Source of the DNA: Hormiphora californensis
Taxonomy: Eukaryota > Animalia > Ctenophora
Assembly: GCA_020137815.1 (NCBI GenBank)
Contig: CM035352.1
Coordinates: 8,370,001 to 8,434,000, forward strand
Length of the DNA: 64,000 nt
Reading direction: 5' to 3'
Under the pieces are notes generated by a model, which was not told the origin of the DNA, searched no databases, and saw only the letters and a list, made by a program, of their open reading frames with translations. The position numbers were made by a program, and so were the translations under genes. Shown here piece after piece: positions 1 to 11,900 of the stretch; within the stretch, counting starts at the first letter, position 1, and every line of letters begins with the position of its first letter.

Positions 1-228
1 TGTGATTCGAGTTTCCCCACTCTCTCACTCTCTCTCTAGTTTCACCACTCGCGTCTTTCCTTGTTGTTATTTCGATAAGAAGTCGTCCTTCCCTTTTGTA
101 AACTGATATTCTTCACCCTTTCTGTACCTTCGTCCTTCGTTATCTGGCAAACTCAATCAGGATATTGGGCCTTTCTTGTGATAGTCGACAAGCCTATGGG
201 CGCTCGGAGTAGTAGTAGCTGTAGTGTT

Positions 229-1117
229 CACAGTGGGTAATTTTCCTGTGTGACCCTACAAAATGAAATATATGCCGTAGAAATCATATTTTTGGGCCAA
301 AGTGACCTCTCCTAGACTAAAACCGTGCCTAGAAAGCGATTTAGACACTTTTCAGAGTGCTTAGATGCCACCTTTTTGAGATATTTGAAGAAAATTAGTT
401 AGCTAATTAATAACTTGATTAAGTAAAAACGTAACTTGGCTCAGGAACCACTTAGAGATCCAATTTTTGATGCAAATTGTCCGGAATGTGCATGTTTATA
501 TAGGACTTATGAAGCAACATATGGCCTAAATCAAACCGTTTTTGAGTTATATGCCACTTTAGATCAGGCATTTTACACATAAAAGCCGAAAAAGCGAAAA
601 ATCGCTTAAATTTCGCACTTTAAATGGCTATAAAATTCAAACGGGGGAAAAGTGGGGAATTCCCGCGACACCACAATGTTCCAAATTGTCCAGAGAGTCA
701 GAATATCACAATGAAAAGCTTGGCGTCGAGTGGCGAAGTAACTTTTTTTGGTCATTCATACCCTAAAAATAGCCTAAATTTGACACGCGCGACTGAGAAA
801 AAACAGTTAGAGAAAGACATATTGAACCCTAGTCACTGAAAAGAACACAAAACAACCATCACGATACAAAAGAAATGAAAGAAAAAGAATGAAAGGTATT
901 GCAGTAGTGTGCACATGGATCTAAGCGAATTTCACACCCAAAATGAAAACCCACAATTTCCCCCAACTTCAAACTAACATAAAATCTGTAAATCTCAATA
1001 TTTTTCGATGCGGTTTGTTTTACGTGAAACCTTGATTATTTTTACTATCGATATCCAAATTTCAGCAAATTTAAAGACAACTTTTTTCCCCACTTTGTAG
1101 GGTCGTTACCCACTGTG
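229..1117. mobile_element. Non-autonomous Transib/RAG-like DNA transposon with RSS-like asymmetric termini
   Basis: Starts CACAGTGGGTAA (229) and ends TTACCCACTGTG (1117). Flanked by a 5-bp direct repeat GTGTT (224-228, 1118-1122). CAC termini plus a 5-bp TSD are Transib hallmarks. No transposase ORF inside. Confidence 0.88.
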
Positions 1118-1295
1118 GTGTTGGGCCATTTGTCTGTTTCCTTGAGAACGTGGATTGTGTTGGTTCTATTTCCTGGAAGATATGGCTGATTTTATTTGTC
1201 CTTTGGGCTTTGGGCCAAAGTTTGGCTCCTTAGATGGTAGCTGATAACACTCTCTTCCCAGTTTGGCGTTGTAGTACCTACTGACACTTTTGCAG

Positions 1296-1849
1296 GATCT
1301 AGTCCGCGAGGAAAAGACAGCGAAGAGTGTTGAAACTGAAAACTTGGTTCGAGAGAGTACCCGTGTTCTAAAGAGCAAGGTTAACAAGCTACAGAAGTAT
1401 GTGGAACATTTAACCAGCACTATCGAGTCATATACATCCACTCTCCCCCCACGGACCCCCACTCAGCAGGTTTGTGATTGTGTCTAAATAGTGATTGTTT
1501 CTATTTCCTTCAATATCTGCTTTCACTTTTGTATCCTGGCCGTGTAAGTATTTCCGTTTATCGTGTATACCTACTGCCAATGTGTCAACCAAGTGATTTT
1601 CCAAACATTCAACCTACTCTTGTGATATACATATCGTGATATATTTCAGGGTATGTGATGTGATCCTTTAACAGTGATGTGACACTAAATCCGTGATGTG
1701 ATCCTGAAACAGTGATGTGACACTAAATCCGTGATGTGATCTTGTGATGTGTTAACATTGATCATTTGGTTTTTGAACCTGAATATTCTTGGCAGGATAA
1801 TATCGATCTGGGTATCGAGGACTGCGAGGAAGACCAAAACGGAGAATAA
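1296..1849 (+). CDS. Last two coding exons (1296-1469, 1796-1849) of an unidentified coiled-coil protein; upstream exons not identified here, probably before the window
   Basis: ttttgcag|GAT acceptor, open helical peptide DLVREEKTAKSVETENLVRESTRVLKSKVNKLQKYVEHLTSTIE, phase-0 donor cag|gtttgt, then ggcag|GATAATATC... DNIDLGIEDCEEDQNGE-stop. Confidence 0.6.
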
Positions 1850-2133
1850 TATTATTGATAGTATGCTTTTCAGATGTCCTTTTTCAGAGTTTTTGTATAT
1901 AACGATGCATGTGTAATATATTTTCTGGTAGTTTTTTAGTGTGAGTTTATTATGGAGTTCTTTTTCTATTCAGAATTCATCCAGTTTTCAGTTTCTCTTT
2001 TGCCCCTCCCTCAGTTATTACTCATTTATCCTTTGTGAGACAACCCTTCCCTGACTAGAATTCCCCAGAACTAAAAGCTAACTAACCCCTTGACCATTAC
2101 TCCCAAAATTAACTAAATCTCCATTATAGCATC

Positions 2134-2556
2134 ATGGTTTCCAAGCTCGAGTACACAAAACGGGCCTTTATGGCATGTTTCCATAGCTACGAGCGTTTTG
2201 ATGCTACGGAAGCCCAGGAAAACTTTGATGAGGTTTGGGGCCTCTCGGTAATTCTTGGTGGAATTTATTTGGTAACAGTTTACAGTGCAGAGAAATATGT
2301 CAAAGTAAGTGATATATCGGGCATGGTCTTAACCTCTGTGGCTGTAGAACAGTTTGTATTGTACTGCCTCACCCTGTACTTCCTGGACAATGGTAGTGGC
2401 ACCTACACTGCTGTTTTTCTTTCATACAGCCCATCTTTGATCATAGTTTTTCTACCACTAACTCTCTTGCACCTATCTTTCTATCTTTTTTTCAGTGTTT
2501 TCTCTCTCTCTCTCTCTCTCTCTCGTTCTCTCTCTCTCTCTCGTTCTCTCTCTCTC

Positions 2557-2606
<50 letters not shown>

Positions 2607-5600
2607 TCTATGAAGCCCATTGTTTATTTAGTTGCATGCATCTTCAATCCCAGCCCGCAACAGTTCATTCAGCTGTAATATGAACAGACACATGTCTTTT
2701 AGCCCATTTTTTATATCTTGGGGGCATTTGTAAATCGCATGATTCCTCCCTCTCCTCCGACATGACTCATTCTGTACGTGTGTCTACACATTCACATTTA
2801 CTTCCTTACCCCCTTCCTTGGAAGCTGACACCACTCCTTCTAGATTATGTCGTGGCGCCCTTACATTCTGTCTATACTATATGTGTGAAATGTTATATAG
2901 ATTGTGCTACTTTTTATTGTTTTTCAACCCGGCCGAGTTAGATTATACCCTTTAATAAATTATAAATCAGTTATTTAGTGTATGTCAAACAGAGCAGCTG
3001 CTGCTAGCAGATCAGCTGTTCTCGCTTTATGCATGCTCCCTGCCTTATAGAACCCTCTATTATACACCATGTATCTCTAAACCTGTCTCTATAAACTTTC
3101 TTAATCATAACAACAATAACCATGTCTACCGAGCCCTCGACCCTATCACTATTAGCTATGGAGGCAGCAGTACAGGGGAAATCAGCCAAGCTGTTCATAC
3201 CCTACAGTGATTTTAATGTGGACGAGTTCCAGGATTACTTCCGAAACGTCTGGCATGTTTCCATCTACATTGCTGCCGTGTATCTGGTCATTGTATACTC
3301 TGCCCACCGGATAGTGCAGGTGAGATCGAGTGTGGAATATTGACAGACAGATCTATTTCGACAGACAGATCTACTGACAGACAGATATACTGACAGATAG
3401 ATCTACTGACAGACAGATCTACTGACAGACAGATCTATTGACAGACAGATATATTGACAGACAGATCTATTGACAGACAGATCTACTGACAGACAGATCT
3501 ACTGACAGACAGATCTACTGACAGATAGATCTATTGACAGACAGATCTACTGACAGACAGATCTACTTACAGACAGATCTACTGACAGACAGATCTACTG
3601 ACAGACAGATCTACTGACAGACAGATCTTTTGACAGACAGATCTACTGACAGGCAGATCTATTGACAGACAGATCTACTGACAGATAGATCTATTGACAG
3701 ACAGATCTACTGACAGACAGATCTACTGACAGACAGATCTACTTACAGACAAATCTACTGACAGACAGATCTATTGACAGACAGATCTACTGACAGACAG
3801 ATCTACTGACAGACAGATCTATTGACAGACAGATCTACTGACAGACAGATCTATTGACAGACAGATTTACTGACAGACAGATCTATTGACAGACAGATCT
3901 ACTGACAGACAGATCTATTGACAGACAGATCTACTGACAGACAGATCTATTGACAGACAGATCTATTGACAGACAGATCTACTGACAGACAGATCTACTG
4001 ACAGACAGATCTACTGACAGATAGATCTATTGACAGACAGATCTACTGACAGACAGATCTACTGACAGACAGATCTATTGACAGACAGATCTACTGACAG
4101 ACAGATCTACTGACAGACAGATCTACTGACAGACAGATCTATTGACAGACAGATCTACTGACAGACAGATCTATTGACAGACAGATCTACTGACAGACAG
4201 ATTTATTGACAGACAGATCTACTGACAGACAGATCTACTGACAGACAGATCTACTGACAGACAGATTTATTGACAGACAGATCTACTGACAGACAGATCT
4301 ACTGACAGACAGATCTACTGACAGACAGATCTATTGACAGACAGATCTATTGACAGACAGATCTACTGACAGACAGATCTCCATGGACAAAAATACACAA
4401 ACCCTCCCTAACCATTCCTTGCCTTCCATTCCTTCAAAACTAACTCCCATAACCATATTCCCCCACAGCGAAAATACGATACGAAGATACTGTTGGCGTT
4501 CTGGAACCTCCTCCTGGCAGTATTTAGTTTCTATGGTGCCCTCCATGTCACCTGGCCCCTGTTGAACGATCTGACTACCACTGGGTTCGATAGAACTGTG
4601 TGCAACAAGAACTACTACAAGGAGAGGTAATTAGGAATTCATACTTGTGTCTTAGTCAACAGAAAATTTAGGCCTTATTTAGGCGTACGTTATACATACT
4701 CAGATAGAAGTCAAGTCAAAGTCAAGTCAAGTGGTGGGTCTCTCCCAATCACTGGGTAAGCCGGCGGTGCTCCAACCCAATTTTGTTTTCCGACCCCTAT
4801 CGAATCCTCCCCATCCTCCTAGCAAATCCTATCGAATCCTCCCCTAACGAATCCTAACGAATCCTCCTCCTAGCAAACCTCTGGCGTATTGGCTGTACTT
4901 GTTCTGTTTATCCAAATTCCCTGAACTATTTGACACTGCGTTCATCCTGCTGAGGAAGGCGCCCCTACAGATCCTTCACACATACCACCACGCATCTGTG
5001 CTCATCTTCTCCTGGCATATCCTGGCCTATGGGCCTGGCGCTAGCTACTGGTAAGATATATAGTAACAGTGGTAACCATGGTAACAAACGGTAACCATGG
5101 TAACGTTGGTTAACAACCCAGCTCTTGTTGGCAACAACTCTCCCTCCTTGCTCCCTAATATCTCCCTGTGTTTCAGGTACGCTGCTATGAACTACTTAGT
5201 TCATGCTATCATGTACAGTTACTTCTGTTTACGATCCATTGGAATCAAGGTGACTATATATATATTTGATACATTACTCAACAATAGTATATTTAATTTC
5301 TACTAACAGTCAACAATCGTCAACTTAGTTTCTAAATATTTGCTAACTAAGAGTTTCAAACAATCAGCCCCGATCCTCACATCTCCCCTAGGGCCCTATT
5401 TTCCTGAGTTGAGTAACAACACCAACTATTTTCAGGTTCCTGAGGTGCTCGCCAAGGGAATTACCTCCATGCAGTCCCTACAAATGCTCGTTGGGTTCGG
5501 TGTCAACTTCTACAGTGTGTACAGAAAGTACACTGGACATGAGTGCGGGAACACCTACGAGCACAGTGCTGTCGCTATTGCCCTCTACTTCAGTTACTTT

Positions 5601-5657
5601 GTTCTCTTCCTGAGGTTCGCGTTCAACCGGTACGGAGGGAAAAAGAAGAGTGCTTAA
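2134..5657 (+). CDS. ELOVL: Very-long-chain fatty-acid elongase (ELOVL3/6-like, GNS1/SUR4 family); exons 2134-2304 (1a) or 3122-3319 (1b), 4469-4626, 4874-5050, 5177-5249, 5436-5657
   Basis: Spliced translation gives [34 protein letters not shown] (KxxExxDT), LHTYHH histidine box, [22 protein letters not shown] and a C-terminal KKKSA ER-retrieval motif. All junctions are GT-AG and phase-compatible. Confidence 0.93.
2500..2609. repeat. (CT)n microsatellite; similar CT/GA tracts at ~8918-8975, ~15022-15057, ~29370-29450, ~31477-31710 and ~38570-38625
   Basis: Directly visible dinucleotide runs. Confidence 0.95.
3122..3319 (+). CDS. Alternative first coding exon (1b) of the elongase, paralogous to exon 1a (2134-2304)
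   Basis: [42 protein letters not shown] aligns with [42 protein letters not shown]. Both exons start with ATG and end in phase-0 GT donors. Confidence 0.82.
3341..4380. repeat. Intronic 16-bp minisatellite (TGACAGACAGATCTAY), ~65 copies
   Basis: Continuous 16-bp periodicity over ~1040 bp, filling most of the elongase intron after exon 1b. Confidence 0.97.
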
Positions 5658-6913
5658 GCAGCAGGACATCGCGGGGATTTGTTTTGTTCAGGAGCTAGTT
5701 GAGAACAAGGCAAGTCGGGGATTTGGTCTTGTTTTGTTCAAAAGCTAGTCGAGAACAAGACAAGTCGGGGCATGATAGTGTTGAATGCCCCCCCCCCCCC
5801 TCTGAGGGAGCGAGATCGGGGAAGCTGGTAGTTCAGTGTCACGGTAACAATGTTACTAATGTTACATTTAGACACTGCATTTGTTAACAAATGGGACTAC
5901 TTTTTCTCGATTTTGTGAGCAACCCCCTCCATAGCTTTCAATTGAAATAGGTTTTTACTATTATACTGGCTGTGTTACTTGTATTCATATATTATTCTGG
6001 AGAGTTTGTGTGTGTGTGTGTGTGTTTTGGTTGTGATTTTATATACGAACCTGTCTCAATCACACTCACCTTACTATTGATTTTGATGTTTATTTAAACT
6101 ATAATGGGAAGAGAATTCGATTAATTATCATATAAAATCACGAGAAGTCTGTCTAGCGGCCTCGTTTTGATTCTCAACACTGTTAGTGTTGCTGAAGAAT
6201 TCAAAGCGGGGTCTAGCGCCACACCAGACAGCTAGTAGTCGGAGTTTTTTTTCTATTATGTATAGGTGTGTTTGGACCTAATTGAACGAGGGTTATAATT
6301 ATATAGATTGACGATATTCAATGAAACTAAAATCATTTATTTTCAGCCTTTAAAACATTGGTTTTGCGTATTTTCAAATAGGACAGTGTCTTGGACACGT
6401 CGCACCCCTCTGCTAGTGCTATAATTTGGCCGAGGGGCTGTTAATATTACACAGTACAATACACTGTCCCAGAGGGAGAGAGAAATAGAGATTGAGGGAA
6501 ATGAGTCTTAGGACGGTCGACGGAGGTCTTCCCGGCCCCTCGCAAATACGTAAACATAGTGCGCGTAAATTGTTTTGCGCGTGCCATTATGCGCGCGATC
6601 GCAATTGTCAGAATTTCAAAATTCTAAAAATTTTGAAAACGCACGTTTGAATTTTTTGAAATTCGTGTTTTTCTTTGAAAAGCGCTGCCTTATCCCGGGC
6701 CAGCAACGTTTGCCAATGTTTTTCTAAAACAAAAGACGGCTTTTTGTTTAAAGAGACCGTTTAAACTCTCTCAGACCTTCAAAGATGCTAAGAGCCCAGT
6801 TTAGAGTACTATTAGGACGCCGTTACGAGCTAGGTGTTTACAGGTGTGCACGCCCTGCCGCCTCCGCCGCCAAAAAAGTACCCTGCACAGTGCACTAAAA
6901 TGGCTCAAACCAA

Positions 6914-7169
6914 GTGGTTTGCAGCTGATAGCTGCGGTGTTCCTCACGTTTTCCGGAGTTGTATCAGACATTCAGGACAAGGAATTTTCAAAACAAACAT
7001 AATTTTTGTTTTGAAAATTCCTTGAAAAGCGCTGCCTTATCCCGCGCTGCGCGTGGCGCAGAACATATATCGGGGGCCAGCAACGTTTGCCAAGAAAATT
7101 CCTTGTCCTGAATGTCTGATACAACTCCGGAAAACGTGAGGAACACCGCAGCTATCAGCTGCAAACCAC
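6914..7169. repeat. 76-bp perfect inverted repeat pair (6914-6989 / 7094-7169), MITE-like
   Basis: GTGGTTTGCAGCTGATAGCTG...GGAATTTTC is the reverse complement of GAAAATTCC...CAGCTATCAGCTGCAAACCAC. The spacer shares GAAAAGCGCTGCCTTATCCC and GGCCAGCAACGTTTGCCAA with ~6677-6717. Confidence 0.8.
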
Positions 7170-7600
7170 CTTCATTCACCACGGACGTTGCCCTCAGCCC
7201 ACTTGGACTGGCTCATCACATGGCTCAAACCACTCAACCGTTTCGGCCAATTTAAAGTTTATCTGATATGAAATCACAAGCTCTAACACCAACCCCAGCC
7301 CTAAACCTAACCCTACTTTAACCCTAACCCTAAAAACCGTGAATGCTGGCAATAAAAAAATCTTAGATTTTACCGTTTCCCGTACTATTATACACCCCGT
7401 TACCAAAAGTCTCCTCCAAAGGCAGTCAAAAACTATGTAAATTTTAAGTTCAATCTATGATTTGAATCATCTATCTAGATAGAAAGGAATCACATATTCT
7501 TTGATAAAAGAAAAGTTGTCGTCTCCATGATAGATGATAGTCCAGATTCGTTCAATTAAAGTTCAGTGCTGCTGATATTCGCCATCCTAGTCTTTCCTCA

Positions 7601-7777
7601 GACTGCTAACTATGCCCCCCAACTAGAATGATGTTTGATATGATCAGTATCACATGTTAGGTTTGCTGACTATGTCCCCCATCTAGAATGATGTTTGATA
7701 TGATCAGTATCACATGTTAGGTTTGCTGACTATGTCCCCACCCCTAGAATGATGTTTGATATGATCAGTATCACATG
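7601..7777. repeat. ~60-bp tandem repeat, ~3 copies, just upstream of CYLD
   Basis: CTAGAATGATGTTTGATATGATCAGTATCACATG recurs at ~7623, ~7683 and ~7744. Confidence 0.9.
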
Positions 7778-7806
7778 ATGCCCATGGTGCACTACACGCG
7801 GGAAAG

Positions 7807-8916
7807 ATGACCACAACGAGGCATCCTCCGGTGTGTCTACTTAGGAAATCCATCGATATCCCCACCCAACAAGGCACAGAGAAACTGAGTCGTGGAGAGT
7901 TGGTGGTTGTGGTAGGAAACAATGGTGAAAACAAAACCATTTCTCTCTACCTGAATTCAACGCAGAACTTTTCGTGCTCTGAAAAACTTTTGAAGAACGT
8001 AAGTGATTGTATTTATAGGTTTTTCTCTTTTTATTAGGATAAATTAGTGTGAAACTTCACTCCTTTGGTGACGCAGTCACCCTTACAACTCGTGCACAAA
8101 GCACCATAAAACAACTCTAGAGAGGTGACGGCGCCACCAATTCACACTCCCCTCAGATTCCACTTGAGTTGGTAGATTACCTGTTACCAGTTGTACCAAG
8201 TTCGAAGCGGCTGGATGCATTCTCAAAACTTGATAGGAACCTCATGGTGGCAGATCTGGGTTCGCTGCTCTCCATTGAACGGGGCCGATCAAGTGCGGGT
8301 TGTATTGGCGAGGTACATTCCCAATATACATACATGAATTTACACTCAAAGAAATTGCTGTTGCCTGTTTTTAAACATTGACTGCATGTTTACAATTTTA
8401 ACACACTCCACACACCAGCTACGTTACAAAGGGGAGGTAAAGCACCGTCCCGGTATCTGGTTTGGTATTAAATTGGTGGGTGGTCAGAGCCCCATTGGGG
8501 ATAGCGATGGTTCTGTGGATGGGAATTATTACATGGACAGATGTGCTGCTAATACTGTCATATTTGCTACAATAGATGAACTATCAATTATAAGTAGGTT
8601 TTAATTGACACTCAGCTGTCAATTATAATTAGGTTTTAATTGGTTTTGTTAGCTACAATGTTGTCAATGATTTTATCTAACTGGATCAGAAACCAAATGT
8701 AAAAGTACAATAACACAATTGACCGCCCTGTACAGAATCTGAGTCATCGAACGATTCAGCGCTCTCGTTGCTAAGTAACATGGGAGATATGAAGGACAAA
8801 TCGTTAAGTAAGGCATCGAAAACTTTGCCCCTGATGTCCCGGAAATCAACCAACGATAACAACCATCACAAAGGTATGTCATGATATTAGTTAGCTTTCC
8901 GTGCTGAGCTTGTACT

Positions 8917-8983
<67 letters not shown>

Positions 8984-11900
8984 ACTCTTTCTCTTGGCTT
9001 AAATTCACTGCCATTTTTCGTGTTTACTCTTTATCGCATTGCTTATGGCAGATCTATTGCTTGGATTTTTCTTCGGTGGCTCTGAGGAAGATTCAGAAGA
9101 CAGTGAATCTGAACATAATAGTTGTCATGGTAACTTACCAACCGATTCTCAACAGAGTTACTATGGTTACCATGGTAACTACAGTAGTTTGGTGCCCACT
9201 GGTCCCGTTTCGCATGACATTCAATTTGTTTCTCCGCAAATCTTTATTTTTACCCTATCCCATTTCGTACTTGATTTCAGCCCCTCTCTATTTTATTGAT
9301 GTTAACTGGGGCTGTATTATCTTTTCAGGGGGATACAACAGTCCGTGTAGTTTCTCAGTTGGAGAAGAAGTGGTGGTCCTAAAGAATAAACTTCCAGCAA
9401 CTCCTGGTGTTGTCAGGGCTGTCTTCCAGGTACCAGTGAGCTGTTTGTGAGCGAGCTTCTTGTGAGTAAACTGTCCTTGTTTTCAGTTTTATCCACGCAT
9501 ATAAAGCTAGCTAAACTACACCTTGTACGACCTCTCTCTTTTACAAGTGCTCAGTAAGAACTAAACTCCCTTACCCCATTTCAGGATCAGAAGAGGAAAT
9601 GGTTGTTAGGTGTAGAACTGGAGACCCCGACAGGAGATAGCGACGGTGCCTACAGGGGTCAACAACTCTTTAACTGTCTTCCAAAGCACGCTCTATTCTG
9701 TGAAGCAACTGAGGCAGTACCAAGACACTACTACCAGGAGCCCCGACTAACTCCTCCCCCTCCCTACAACCCCACCAAGATGGATTTCGAGGAGGCGTTC
9801 AGACAGCAGAAGGGAGCTGCAGGATCATCATCATCTAGTGCAGAGCGTGCCGGGTCAAGTAGTTTAAGTAACAGTATGGGGAACATGAGTTTACAACAGG
9901 AGAACACCACCAAGAGAGTTGCAACACCCGAACCCCCGGTAGCTGACCCTGATCCAAGTCTAGAGATGGGGAGTATGGTTCAAGTGAGCAGTAAGGGTGT
10001 CGTGCACTATGGTGTCATTAGGTGGATAGGTAGTCTACCTAGCAGGAGGTATACCTGTGCGGGTCTAGAACTCGAGGATGATCTGTCCCCGCCCGGTAAT
10101 GATGGGATATACGATGGGGTCCGGTATTTCACATGTCCACCCTTCCGGGCCCTCTTCTGCTACCTTCACGATTGTTCTAGAGATAGGAGGTTCGAGGAGG
10201 TCCCAGCACTGCCCTCCAGATCAATGGAGGAGGTGAGACATAACTTTGGGCCGGTTGAGAGTGGCCGGATCGAGGGCAAGGTTGATCCACCCAAGTCAAT
10301 TAGTGCCAACTATATCGGGAGAATGAGGGGTATCCAAGGCAACCGGAACTCCTGTTATCTAGATGCAACTCTGTATGCAATGTTTGCATTTGACAGCACT
10401 ATGGACTACATGCTCAGCAGCCCCCTGGACACAGATCTCAGGAGGGACATTCAGGTACGGCTCATACTCAATACTCATTACTCGTGTTCTCTAATATATC
10501 TCCTTTTCTCTCTAATCTCTCTAATCTCTCTAACTCTAACGTGATTTTATCACCAACCAACCATCCATCCAGGTACGGCTAAGGGAGGAGGTGGTAAACC
10601 CCCTCAGGGAGGGAGGGTTCGTGGGTGCAGAACACATGAGGCAACTCAGGGACTTGTTAGGTAGAGCAGGTAGTTTGGAGGGGCTGCAAGATGAGGAGAA
10701 GGAGCCTGAGGAGTTGCTGAGCATGCTGTTTACAGAAATATTCTGTATCAAACCCCTACTATCATTCAGGTAACTGTTTATTGGAGAGGGGGGAGTCGAG
10801 CGATTTTTCACCCCTATTTTGGGCCATTTTTAGGGTTAACACAACTCCTGCACCATTCAGGGACGGTAACTCCAATGAGATTTCCCACGTGAACCTCTGC
10901 CAAATTCTACTGGATCGGGATCCCAACAGTAACACAACAATGCCAAACACCCAGGACTTGTTAACGCGATACTTTGTCACAAACAACCTGTACTTCCATT
11001 CCCAGCCCGATTTGTTGCTTACTACAGGTAACCATGGTATTTGGTAACAATATATACAATATACATGGTAGTGTTAGTTGCTGCAGTGCCATGGTAGCAC
11101 CCATGGTAACAGGTAACCATCTTAAAATGCAGATCCGTCCATTATGGACTCCATTTGGATCACATGTCACCCACATTCCAATGGACGGCTTGGTGGTCCC
11201 CAGATCGGATCACATTAGAGGGTTGAGGAATTTACACATCTGTATTTACCTTCTACAATGAGGAATTTACAGAGATATTTACCTTGTACTATAATGTGTC
11301 ACACAGTGTGAAATAGGAGACCTGTGCAGTAGGATACGGGGGGGGGGGGGGGGGGGGGGTACTGGGCATTGGGTACCTGGTACCTGGTAGACACTATCAC
11401 TCCCTCTCACACCTGGGAGAGAGAGAAGGATACCTCACTCCCAAGGAGGAATATACCTGGATCGTTCAGTTGATAGTCTTCCCCCTCTCTTCCAATGATT
11501 GCTCCTGTTCTCAGAAGTCAGATTACATGTCTGTCTTACAAGAACATGATTGTACATCTTGACAGTTCTAGTCTCGACTTCTCTCTATTTATCTCGGTAT
11601 TTCTATCGCTATATTCTCTATCTATCTCTCTCTCTTTCTATTCGCGCGCGCTAGATCTATCTCTCTCCCCAGCGTATATATATATCGATCTGCTATCTAT
11701 CTCTCTCTCTCTTCTCAAAATTCATTCTATCCATATACTAAAGAGCCACTCCCTTACCATTCCTAATTCATGGTTTCATAATTTCCCTTCACCGTCACTT
11801 CCAGTCACTTCCAGTACATTCTGGGACTTGGAATACGTTATCTTCCAAAATTTATGCAATCTACTGTAGCCATGGTAACCATGGGATATGTTAGGGAGGG

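Noticed and set aside
7279-7335. Telomere-like CCCTAA repeats
   Set aside because: Only a few degenerate units, internal to the sequence; not enough to call a telomere or fusion site.
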